A model generated the notes under the pieces. That model was not told the origin of the DNA and did not search any database. It saw only the letters and a program-made list of their open reading frames with translations. From Eledone cirrhosa (taxonomy: Eukaryota): 64,000 nt of DNA. Position 1 is the stretch's first letter; each line of letters opens with the position of its first letter. The stretch is from contig OZ024741.1 of the NCBI GenBank assembly GCA_964016885.1, forward strand, positions 116,126,001-116,190,000. Reading direction: 5' to 3'. This document shows, piece after piece, positions 41,624 through 56,122 of the stretch. A program made the translations under genes and the position numbers.

Positions 41624-41992
41624 TATATATATACACATATATATATATATACACATATATATATATACACATATATATATATACACATATATATATATAT
41701 ACACATATATATATATACACATATATATATATATATACACATATATATATATACACATATATATATATATACACATATATATATATATATATACACATAT
41801 ATACATATATATACACATATATACATACACATACACATATATACATACACATTATATATATATATATATACACATATATACATACACATTATATATATAT
41901 ATACACATTTATACATACACATATATATATATATATACACATATATACATACACATATATACATACACATATATATATATATATACACATAT

Positions 41993-42037
<45 letters not shown>

Positions 42038-42414
42038 TACATACACACATATATATATATATACACATATATACATACACATATATATATATATATATAC
42101 ACATATATACATACACACATATATATATATATACACATATATACATACACATATATATATATATATATACACATATATACATACACACATATATATATAT
42201 ATACACATATATACATACACATATATATATATACACATATATACATACACATATATATATATATATACACATATATACATACACATATATATATATATAT
42301 ATACACATATATACATACACATATATATATATATATACACATATATACATACACATATATATATATATATACACATATATACATATATATACACATATAT
42401 ATATATATACACAC

Positions 42415-42448
<34 letters not shown>

Positions 42449-42577
42449 GTGTGTATATATATATATATGTGTGTGTATATATATATATGTGTGTGTGTAT
42501 ATATATATATATGTGTGTGTATATATATATATATGTGTGTGTATATATATATATATGTGTGTGTATATATATATATA

Positions 42578-42671
<94 letters not shown>

Positions 42672-42798
42672 TATATATATATATATACACACACACATAT
42701 ATATATATATATATACACAAACATATATATATATATACACACACATATATATATATACACACATATATATATATATATACACACACATATATATATAT
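41424..42798. repeat. (TA)n/(CA)n/(TG)n compound microsatellite; also 39678-40116
   Basis: Directly visible. Confidence 0.95.
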
Positions 42799-42799
42799 T

Positions 42800-45680
42800 C
42801 AATAGAACTACTGTGACAATAATATCTGCATATGCACCCCAATATGGCCTACCTGACACTATAAAAGACAGATTCTATGAGGCGTTAATGCTCACTACCT
42901 CCCAAATAACCGACAGTGACTACATAGTTATCGCTGGCGACCTAAATGGTCATGTTGGACAACATTGTGACGGCTATGACGAAATCCATGGAGGCTATGA
43001 GTTTGGTACTAGAAATGAGGAAGGCTCCAGAATCCTGGAATTCTGTGACGCAAATAACCTAACTATCTGTAACACTAACCTCAAAAAACGAGACAATCAC
43101 TTGATCACCTATAGATCGGGGGAACACACAAGCCAGGTAGATTATATCCTTACCAGGAGAGGTGACAGAGTGTCTGTTGTAAACACTAAATCCCTCCCCC
43201 ATGAAGAATGCACCTCTCAACATAGACTCATAATTAGCGACCTCATAGTCAGGACGAGATGTACTCGACAACAGAAGAGGACTATCCTCAGGAGAAAAAT
43301 ATGGAAGTTAAAAGACCCTACAGCCAGTAATAAATTTAAAAGCATATTACTTGATGCTTTTGATAGTAAGGAAGAGCAATTAGAGTCATACAATATAGAG
43401 GAACAGTGAGAATTCCTGAAAGCTAACCTGCTGAAGGCGACAGATGAAACATGTGGCTGGAGCAGACCTATAGGCAGGAGGAGAGTAACTTGGTGGTGGA
43501 ACAGTAAGGTAGAGGGGTCAATCAAGGCCAAAAAGTAGGCTTGGAAAGCATGGCGGGATGGGGGAAGTAGAGAAGACTATCAAGTGGCCAGGAGGGAAGC
43601 TAGTAGACAAGTGTACTTCGCAAGAAGAAGCAGAAGAAAGAAAGTTCAAGCATGTTCTACAACGCGAGGACCAAAAACGTGAGGTTGTCAGGATTGCTAG
43701 GCAATGTGTCAAGGAAAACAGTGATATTGTCGGGGAGAAGTGTGTCCTTAATGATGATGGTGTACTTGCCATCACTGATGCTGATAAGAAGGTAGCTTGG
43801 AAGTGTCACTACGAAAGGCTACTAAATGAGGAGAATAATTGGGAGAAAGACAGTCTCCCCCACATCAACCCAATAGAGGGACCAGCAGTGCAAGTTGAAG
43901 GTAGTATAATAAGTAAGGCAATCAAAGACATGAAGACGGGCAAGGCGGCCGGGCCTTCGGAAATAGTTGCTGAAATGCTGAAAGCATCTGGAACGGTGGG
44001 ACACACTATGGTCACCCGGATAGTAAACCAAGTCATACAGAATGGGGTCGTTCCGAAGGACTGGCGCAGCAGCATCATCATTAATTGCTACAAGGGTAAA
44101 GGTGATGCCCTAGATAGGGGAAACTATAGAGGCATTAAATTAATTGACCATGTCATGAAGGTCACAGAAAAAGTAATAGCGCAACTAATCAGAGAGCGAA
44201 TTGATCTAGACGAAATGCAGTTCGGGTTTGTGTCAGGTAAAAGTACAACAGACGCTCTCTTCATTGTACGACAACTACAGGAGAAGTACCTAGCTAAAAG
44301 TAAACCCCTATACTTAGCCTTTGTTGACTTGGAGAAAGCCTTTGACAGAGTACCCCATTCGATTATCTGGTGGGCCCTTAGAAAACTAGGTGTTGATGAA
44401 TGGCTTGTGAGAGCTATACAAGCCATGTATAAAGAAACAGTCAGCAAGGTTAGAATTAACAACGAATATAGTGAAGAGTTTAGCGTAAAAGTTGGTGTTC
44501 ATCAGGGCTCCGTCCTTAGCCCCCTACTATTTATTATTGCCCTTCGGGCTATAACAGAGGAGTTCAAGACCGGCTGCCCATGGGAACTCCTATATGCAGA
44601 TGATCTAACACTCATAGCTGAATCAATGGCTGAACTAGAGAAGAAATTCCAAACATGGAAGCATGGCCTAGAATCAAAAGGCCTTAAAGTTAACTTGTCT
44701 AAAACTAAAGTTCTAGTTGGTAGAAAGGAAAATAGGGCACCGGTCCCATCTGGGAAATGGCCATGCTCAGTGTGTAGGAAAAGAGTAGGCAGAAACTCCA
44801 TTTTATGTCCCAAATGCAAAGTATGGGAGCATAGATCTTGCTTGCAGTCTGACCTGGACACAATGCAACAGTGGATCTCAGACTGGCAACTCAAGCTAGC
44901 TGTGGACAAGTGCACCACCATGCATTTTGGGAGTAAAAACCCAGCGTCCACATATTCCCTCCACAGCACTAATATCAAGAAGTCTTCCTGTGAACGTGAC
45001 CTGGGCATTACGGTCAGCAGCGATTTGCGTTGGACGAGGCACGTCTCTAAAATTGTCAAGAGGGCCGAGGGTGTCTTAGCATCACTCAGCAAGACCTTTG
45101 TCAGCCGCTCTCCAGATATCTATTTAAGGCTGTATACAGCTATGGTGCGACCACACTTAGAATTTGCATCACCAGTCTGGAACCCCTATCTTGCTCAGGA
45201 CATTGACCGCCTGGAAACTGTTCAGAGATGTGCAACCAAGCGAATACCCTCCATCAGGCATCTACCATACTCTGATCGCCTTGCTTCCCTGGGCATGGAT
45301 TCATTGAAGCTCCGACGCCTGGCAACTGACTTGGTAAACACCCACAAAATTGTTAACATGTTGCCAACAACAACCCTGAGTGCCTTTTCGATTTCCATGT
45401 GTCTAACACACGTGGACATGCCCACAAAGTAAGAAAACAGCACAGTTCCCATGACTTTCGGAAACATTTTTTCACGCTCAGAGTTGCTGAAGCATGGAAC
45501 AAACTACCTGCATCAGTTGTTAGCTGTCGAGACGCTGCATCCTTTAAGGCCTCCATGCTTCCCGAGATCCGCCAACACTACAGCTAACACATACAAACAT
45601 GTACTTCCCTGGCATTTGTGTATTATTCTATGTACTATATTGACGAGTTGTAGTGCACCTGAGCACTTTACACAATAATT

Positions 45681-45714
<34 letters not shown>

Positions 45715-46938
45715 CATTATTATTATTATAAAAGATGTAGTGGGATCACAGGTAAGCTAACTAAGAATATAGATTTTATATGTGGCCGGTGCTCTGGTGC
45801 AATAAGTAGCAGCAAGTGCCCACAGAATACTAGCTCATTGCATTGCACAGATGGTTCTATAGAAATAGTGGACAGCTTCCGTTACCTGGGTGACAAAATC
45901 AGCAGTGGGGGGAGGGTGCTCTGAAAGTACAGTAGCTAGAATCAGAACGGGATGGAAAAAGTTCAGAGAGCTTATACCACTATTGGCCGCTAAAGTGTTC
46001 TCTCTAAAAATGAAAGGCAGGCTGTATGATGCCTGCATACGAACAGCAATGTTACATGGCAGTGAGACCTGGGCATTGTGTGTAGAGGATATATGCAGAC
46101 TGGAGAGAAACGAAGCTTGCATGCTCCACTGGATGTGTAATAGTAATATACGTGAACAGCAAAGCATAAACGAACTAAGGGAGAAATTAGGAATAAGAGA
46201 GAAGACTACGTTGGTACGGTCACGTGATGCGCATGAAAGACGACAGCTGTATAAAAAAGTGCAGGGCAATAAAAATAGACGGTAGCCACGGAGTAGGCAG
46301 ACCCAGAAAAACTTGGGACGACTTGATAAATTCCGACCTCACACACTTACACCTCTCCAAGACAATGTCACTGGACCAAGATCTTTGGCGCTACACAGTT
46401 ATACAGAAGACCCGTCTTGCCTAAGTACAAAGCGAAACCTACAGTCAGTAGGCACCTCTAACAAAATACACCCCCGTCCCACTACCCCCACCCACACCAC
46501 CCCCTTAAATGTAAAGTTATGTTGGTACCACAACATCCAGTCCGAAACAAATGAGGTCGTGAAGGTGTCACGACAAAAAAACACACAGTCCACGCTGTAA
46601 TGTGGCCGTGTAGGTAACACGGTAAAAACCTCCCAGTACACACTGTAAATGTGGTTGGTGTTGGGAAGGGCACCCAGCTGTAGAAAACCCGCCAGACGTG
46701 TAGGTGTCACGACAAAAAATCACACAGTCCACGCTGCAATGTGGCCGTGTAGGTAACACGGTAAAAACCTCCCAGTCCACACTGTAAACGTGGTTGGTGT
46801 TAGGAAGGCATCCAGCCGTAGAAAACCCGCCAGACAGCCATATACAAGCAGGATAACCAATCTTGCCTCAGGTGGGAAAACTCTCGTCCAAACCCATGCA
46901 AGCGTGGAAGATGGCGTTAAACGATGATGATGATGATG
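42800..46938 (+). mobile_element. RTE LINE, 5'-truncated, with stops and frameshifts, a nested CR1 and a duplicated 3' region
   Basis: APE in the tail of ORF 42429..43409, RT in 43558..44830, resuming at 45728 (KRCSGI). 3' region has a 139-bp tandem duplication (46563/46702) and an (ATG)n tail. Confidence 0.93.
44831..45727 (+). mobile_element. 5'-truncated CR1 inserted inside the RTE PHD finger
   Basis: Near-identical to 17832-18570 plus 3' UTR. Ends in (ATT)n. ATA is present at both junctions. Confidence 0.92.
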
Positions 46939-46984
46939 ACATATATATATATATACACACACACATTTATATATATATACACAC

Positions 46985-47015
<31 letters not shown>

Positions 47016-47083
47016 TATATACACACACACACATATATACACACACGCACACATATATATATATATAGACACTCACATATATA

Positions 47084-47425
47084 TGGAGGCGCATGGCTTA
47101 GTGGTTAGAGCATTGGCCTTGCAATCGAAAGGTTGTGAGTTCAATTCTCAGACCAGGTGATGTGTTGTTTCCTTGAGCAAGATAGTTTATTTCCCATTGC
47201 TCCAGTTTACTCAGCTGTAGAAATGAGATGATAGGGACTGGGGTCCATGTCATTCCACTGCAAAGTGGACGTGGAGGTGCCACGGCAAAAAAGCACCCAG
47301 CACTCACTGTAAATGAGGTTGGTGTTAGGAAGGGCATCGAGCTGTAGAAATTAAGCCAGAATCAGTTCCTGTCCCACCCTTGCAAGCAGGGAAAAGCAGA
47401 CGTAAAATGATGATGATGATGATGA
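47084..47425 (+). mobile_element. tRNA-headed SINE with RTE 5'UTR-like body and RTE 3' tail
   Basis: A and B boxes present. Tail CCCACCCTTGCAAGCAGGGAAAAGCAGACGTAAAATGATGATG. Confidence 0.88.
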
Positions 47426-47881
47426 TATACGCACATATATATATATACGCGCGCGCGTATATATATATAAATACACACATATATATATAAGGTAAAGACC
47501 CCCTATGGTCATGAATGACCCTGGAATTTGCACCTAGACAGTTCCGAAAGTGCAGGCAAGGTTGTGGATGACCAGCAGTTGGCTATGCATAGTAGCCTCC
47601 CTCTCCATGCCACCAATGTTGTCCAATGTAGCAATGGCTAATACAGCTTGATACCAATGATGCCGCAACTCATTTCTACAGTTGAGTAAACTGGAACAAC
47701 ATGAAATAAAGTGTCTTGCTCAAGAACACAACGCATCACCACTCCGAAGATTGAACTCTCAATTGCAAGTCCAACTCTCTAACCACTAAGCCACGCATCT
47801 TATATATATTTCGAAAATATTCTTACTTGACATTACACTTGCTAAGATTATAGCTTCTAATTTGAATGGAAGAAGACGGGT

Positions 47882-47952
47882 GATGTGCTGGTGTAATGGT
47901 AGCACAGGGGTCTGGATAACCGCAGATGTGGGTTCAACTCCCATGTACGTCA
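47882..47952 (+). tRNA. tRNA-like cloverleaf (GGA anticodon, short variable arm), probably a pseudogene or repeat-borne
   Basis: Acceptor GATGTGC/GTACGTC, D stem GTGT/GCAC, anticodon stem GGGGT/ACCGC (one mismatch) with loop CTGGATA, T stem GTGGG/CCCAT with loop TTCAACT. T5 run about 10 nt downstream. Confidence 0.55.
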
Positions 47953-48086
47953 ATAATCATCTTTTTCCATTTCTCCAAGGGTTCTTAACCCCACTATCAA
48001 GGCTAAATAATTTCTTTAGTCAAAATACGGCGATAGCCTATATTTCTAATTTCAAACTCGCTCGCTGTTTCGAAAATATTCTTACT

Positions 48087-48130
<44 letters not shown>

Positions 48131-48876
48131 TATTATCTAAGAAAAAATATTTTTTCTTTATGAAAACATTTAAATGTTTTTTTTTTCTTTTGCTCCGTGA
48201 ACATATCACAGATATCTCAGTGGCCATTTAGAATGCTACTGCCAATATATATATATATATATATATGTGCTCTAAAAGTAAATGGATAAACAACATAGGG
48301 AAACAATATAATACAATGAAGATAATTATTCATCAAAAGATAGAATGAGAGATGAAAGAAGAAACAGAAAGAGGAAGTAGAGGAAGAAACAAAAAATAAT
48401 TTTGTGGGGAGAGAAAGCATGTGTGTGTTTAATCAGCCATTATACATGTCTACATATTTACAAACCCTGTGAAATTTAATTGTGAAATAGCTAAGGTTTA
48501 TCTTTGTTATTAATTTTGTGGTCTAACACAATATACAGGGCCAAATTTATTGGGGGCTGTGAAAGCAAATACCTCAGGCTCCCACCACCAAACAGAGCCC
48601 TCCTCCTTACTCCTCTCTCCGAACAGGGCCTCTTCTCTTTCTTTTTCTGCTTACGTGTGTATATGTATGTATATATACCGTATTTCCCAGTGCCAAAGAT
48701 GCTTCGTCCTCAAGCACGCACCCTAATTTTGACAACCAAAAATTTGAAAAAAATAATAACAACCTTTGGCCTCCAGGACGCATGATAGATTTTTGAGACT
48801 TTCTTAGGAAAAAAGTAGTATCTTCAACGCCAGCAATTATAGTATATATATATATATGTGTATGTGTGTGTGTGTG

Positions 48877-48908
<32 letters not shown>

Positions 48909-49394
48909 AATACGTGTGTGTGTGTTGTTATGTGAGGGTTCCACCAAACCTGAACTGCTCCGTGATCCCCAATGTTTAAATCAGGACATGACTATATGAG
49001 TCAATAATAAGTGACAAAATTATTAGGACTTCATGTGACAGAGTGAGATTTTGACATGTTTGGTCAGTCACTTGTGACTATCTCATAAATTAATGATAGT
49101 CATGGAATGGAGCAGACCTTCGTTGGTTTTGATGATTAGTTTCCCAGTTGTCCGATCAATGGAACAGCCTGCTCATGAAATTGACATGCAAGTGACTGTG
49201 CATTGTACAGACACAGGTATTTTTTTGTGTAATTCTCAAGGAAATTCAACACGGTACAGTGTGCGACGTGATTGGTCCCTTAAATTTAAGTACAGTCCAT
49301 CTTGTACTATATTATAAGTGGCTGAGCATTCTAAAGACACATGCTTAACATAATTGTCATGAAGATTCAGTGTGGCACATGTAACCTTCACTAG

Positions 49395-49690
49395 CTCAGT
49401 TCACCTAGCTGTAAGTAGGTACCGCAGAATGGTATAGTTTATTGCAGTTTCCATGAATAAGACATTTCACACACAATAGCCCAGTCCACCTAGCAGTAAG
49501 TAGGTACCACAGTGTGGTATAGGTCACTGTACTGTGTCTACTTCACATTCACTGGCCCAGGCCACCTAGCTGTAAGTAGGTACCACAGTGTGGTATAGGT
49601 CACTCTACTGTGTCTACTTCACATTCACTGGCCCAGGCTACCTAGCTGTAAGTAGGTACCACAGTGTGGTATAGGTCACTGTACTGTGTC
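49395..49690. repeat. 76-bp minisatellite (about 3 units plus a degenerate one)
   Basis: CCACCTAGCTGTAAGTAGGTACCACAGTGTGGTATAGGTCACT... at 49486, 49562 and 49638. Confidence 0.85.
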
Positions 49691-50504
49691 CATGATCATG
49701 ACTTACTATTCAGAAGCTCAGTTCACTGTACTGGGTCCATTCAAAAACCCATTACTCCACAGTTATGAGTAGGTACCACAATGTGCTATTACAGAGAAAC
49801 AAGGTAAAACAACTGGATATTTTGTTATATATAGAGCCACTTCACCTGTATATACAGGTTTAGAAAAAGATGGGCTCAGCCATGTTTGCTAACCCCTAAC
49901 AACAACATAACAAACATCAATAGGGTCATCTACCTTGCTAAAACAAGGGTTAACCATGCAGGACCCCATGACAAGCTTTATACCCATAAATGGTGCTTTT
50001 TTTCCAAGGCAATGTTTTATGACCAGATGTCTTTCCTGACACCAACCCTTCTAGTTGCCTTTTACAACATGCAGGGATACAATGTACTTATTCTAAACTG
50101 GATATAGTAAATATAGAGCTGGGGGTCTCAAACTCAAGGACTCAAAAAGGCTATTACATCTTGGGGAAGAGGCAGAATGGGCCAAAAGTGAGATGGTTGG
50201 GGAGGTCATGATTTCCACGAGTTATAATACTAAACTGCAATAAGTTGATTGGCTGCTATTTTTTTTTTTTTTCATCAAAAGGAATGCGCATATGACAGTA
50301 AGTTGGATATGTGAATTAGTACAAAATTTAGGGGTTAAATTTTCCCTTTCAAATTTCCTAAATTATTCAGAAAAAGTATTCTGCTGCAGAAAGGTAGTTT
50401 GCAGGCTGCATGTTTGAGACTTCTAACATAGAGCATATGAAACTGAAATCTTCAGTGGGGATTATCACTATATGGTACTGTCACCATGTTAGTTAACATT
50501 GCTA

Positions 50505-51750
50505 TGAGGGTTGGCTGAAAAGTTCATAGGCTGACCAAGACACTCTCATGGAATGTGACCAAATGATGTTTATTTTTTACATAATCCCCCTGCAGTTCTC
50601 ACACTTCTTCCATTGGTGTTGCAGTGTTAAGATCCCATTAGTGAAGAAGCTTTCGTCCTGTTGGTCTAAAAAGTCATCAACAGCAGATATGTCATCACTG
50701 TGATACTGGTTCCCAGTCAGCTTTTTTATGTTGGGGAACAGATGATAGTCAGATGGGAGCCAAATCAAGAAAATAGGGAGAGTGATCAACCAGTTCAAAG
50801 CCAGACAATCACAGCAGCCATTAACAGGAGTATTGCCATGATGAAACAAGACTCTTTTCATCAGTTTTCCTGGGCATTTGATTTTAATAGCCTTTCATAA
50901 CTGCCTCTGCAGGTTGACATAATGCTCTCCATTGATGGTGTGACCTTTTCGAAGATAGTCTATAAACACAATGCTGTTTGCATTACAAAAAACTGAGGCC
51001 ATCACCTTGGTCTGCTTTGGAGCAGGTGAGACAGGGTGTTTCCACTGCATGGTTTGTCTCTGGCTCAACATGATGAACCCAACACTCATCCTGGGTTAGG
51101 AAACATTCAAGGAAACCAGCTGGATCTGCCTCAAACAATGTCAGACTTTCCTGTGATGTGATCAGCCTGGTGCACTTTTGATCAAGTGTCAGAAGACATG
51201 GCACCCACCGAGCTGAAACCTTTATCATGCCAAGTTCATTGTAAAGAATATTCTCAACTCTCTCATGGCATATGCTAAAAGCATTGGCTGTTTGATTTAT
51301 AGACAATTGCCTATCATCCATCATCATGTGTTGGATACAATCAATGTTTTCCTCAGTGGTGGCAGTTGCAGAACATCCAGACTTTGGGTCATCTTCAGGA
51401 CTCTCCCTTCCCCTCCTAAGTTCAGCTACCCCCATTTTGCATTGTGGATAAAGCTGGAGCACCATCCCCTAATGTAGTAACTATGTCAGCGAATGTCTTT
51501 GGGGACTAAACCCTTTTTCTGAAGGTACTTGATAACACCACAATGCCAAATTTTGCCCATTTTCAAGGGAAGTCACTACTAGTTACTTTTGAAGTCTTCT
51601 TTGAACAGTCACGTGTCAGTTTACCTGGAAAGAAACAATGCAGTTATTACTAAGTAGAGTTGAAATTAATGCAGGCAAGATTTCACAGCTCTAGCACTAC
51701 TCCTTCACAGTCAGCCTATGAACCTTTCAGCACCACCAACCACCCCCTCG
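50505..51750 (-). mobile_element. Degenerate mariner (DD34D-type) transposon
   Basis: TIR-like ends TGAGGGTTGGCTGAAAAGTTCATAGGCTGAC / GTCAGCCTATGAACCTTTCAGC...CCCTCG with TA flanks. Motifs KVSARWVP, TQDECWVHH, SDYHLFPNIKK. Confidence 0.85.
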
Positions 51751-51907
51751 TATAATGTTGAAATAGTAGTGTATAACTATTAACTAGGAAATTAATCAAA
51801 TTGCATCATCTGACAGATAAAATTTGTCAGCACAGTAATACATGTGTTAATAACTACTAGAGGAAGAAGTGGGGTAATGAGAGCATTGGTGGGATATAGA
51901 GGATGTT

Positions 51908-51973
<66 letters not shown>

Positions 51974-52132
51974 AGAAAATTATAGTTCACTTGAAGCATT
52001 GTGTAATGAGGTATAAACGTTTGTATATGTATAATAAAGCCAAAACAATGCAGGTATGGACATAGAATAAAGAATGCAAATGCAAAAGATATTGTTGACG
52101 ATTAGTCTTTTACCTTAGATTTATTTAAATGT

Positions 52133-52167
52133 CCTTAATTTTCGAGATAATATCTCTTCCTCGGAGG
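52133..52167 (-). ncRNA. Variant minimal hammerhead motif (U4C) in a short element between TA tracts
   Basis: CCT-CCGAGGA-A-GAGATATTATCTC-GAAA-AT-TA-AGG. Confidence 0.45.
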
Positions 52168-52235
52168 GAAGTAAAGCGGTTAAACCAGTGTTCTAAATAG
52201 CTTGCCAAGTCATATATAATATACATATATATATA

Positions 52236-53005
52236 TAAGTATGTATACATACATACATATATGTATACAGACGTACAGTAGTATGTATATATATATATAT
52301 ACATACATGCACACATATATATATGTACGTATGGATTCACCGAACATTTATTATAATGCTCGGTGTGTTTGTAAACAAACATCCCGAATTAAGCCGTAGT
52401 GTCCAGCAACCATCGTTGCTCATTTGTTCAACACTGACAAAGGAACGCTGTACTAGTTTCAAGCTTATTAGCTATCGTCAGCAACGTATACCTTCCTGCC
52501 AGATGATTGAACGTCTGAAAGTATATACTTTCCTTATGCATATTAACGGCTGAGCAGCCTAATTTGCATATCGAGTGAGTTAATCGGCCGGGGTACCGAA
52601 AACGATAAACAGATATGCAAATTAAGCTGCTCAGCCGTTAATATGCATAAGGAAAGTATATACTTTCAGACGTTCAATCATCTGGCAGGAAGGTATACGT
52701 TGCTGACGATAGCTAATAAGCTTGAAACTAGTACAGCGTTCCTTTGTCAGTGTTGAACAAATGAGCAACGATGGTTGCTAGACACTACGGCTTAATTCGG
52801 GATGTTTGTTTACAAACACACCGAGCATTATAATAAATGTTCGGTGAATCCATACGTACATATATATATGTGTGCATGTATGTATATATATATACATACT
52901 ACGGTACGTCTGTATACATATATATATGTACGTACACATACTTATAGTTAAGTAACAGCCGTACTAAGAGTGAGAAATGAAATTTTGTTTCATTTTTTCC
53001 GTTTA
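52236..53005. mobile_element. Family C element in inverted-repeat form; hammerheads at 52445-52487 (-) and 52697-52739 (+)
   Basis: Arms about 52236-52572 and 52612-52946 with a 39-nt spacer. Sequence near-identical to the 431-bp unit at 37 kb. Confidence 0.9.
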
Positions 53006-53021
53006 TATATATATATATATA

Positions 53022-53558
53022 TAAAATAAAGTTAAATAAAAGTCAAATGATTAAAATTTAGCTTCGTTTATTACTGCTATATATATTTCAGTGACAGCCA
53101 TCTTTGGCTGTAACCTCTTCAGGCAGTTTGAATTAGTATGGTATAGACAAGTACATATGTTGTTTAGGTGTATAATATTGTCAATACTCTGATATGCCCA
53201 GTTCCTTGTTGGGTTGTTAATTCACTGAGGAACTGGAGTCATATCATATGACTCCAGTTCCTCAGTGAATTAACAACCCAACAAGGAACTGGGCATATCA
53301 GAGTATTGACAATATTATACACCTAAACAACATATGTACTTGTCTATACCATACTAATTCAAACTGCCTGAAGAGGTCACAGCCAAAGATGGCTGTCACT
53401 GAAATATATATAGCAGTAATAAACAAAGCTAAATTTTAATCATTTGACTTTTATTTAACTTTATTTTACACTACTCCGGAGTAACCAAACCAACCTGCGC
53501 ACTTCGTCGAGTGCTCCAGCCTGCATACTGAGGTGTTGGTATACAACCAACATAAACT

Positions 53559-53565
<7 letters not shown>
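53022..53565. mobile_element. Family A palindromic element, copy 2; hammerheads at 53363-53417 (+) and 53073-53127 (-)
   Basis: Arms 53022-53244 and 53246-53468, with the same unique tail as 8251-8347. Confidence 0.88.
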
Positions 53566-53607
<42 letters not shown>

Positions 53608-53692
53608 CGTAGGTCCGGGGTTGAGTCGGGGATAACCACAGTAAGTAAGGTACTCAATACATGGCAGAGTAAAATGTTTTATTTTATAGAAG

Positions 53693-53745
53693 GAGCTTCT
53701 ACAGGACTAGTACTGTTTCATTCAGATGAAATCTTCAGGAAGCTC
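53693..53745 (-). ncRNA. Type I hammerhead motif, family D, in a short PLE-type end (53609-53806) with 62-bp inverted arms
   Basis: GAGCTTC-CTGAAGA-TTTCATCTGAAT-GAAA-CAGTACTAGTCCTG-TA-GAAGCTC: 7-bp stem I, stem III CAG/CTG. 53677-53738 is inverted at 53745-53806. Confidence 0.7.
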
Positions 53746-53802
53746 TGAAGATTTCATCTGAATGAAACAGTACTAGTCCTGTAGAAGCTCCTTCTATAAA
53801 AT

Positions 53803-53841
<39 letters not shown>

Positions 53842-53942
53842 AAGAGAGGGAGGGATTTCAAAATATTTTGAATATCTTCCTTGTGCAACAACTCAACTGT
53901 AATCTTGAAAATATGCATATATATCTTATCCACAGGATGTGT

Positions 53943-56122
<2,180 letters not shown>

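Noticed and set aside
49395-49690. CRISPR-like regular repeats
   Set aside because: Whole 76-bp units repeat with no unique spacers, and the context is eukaryotic. It is a minisatellite.
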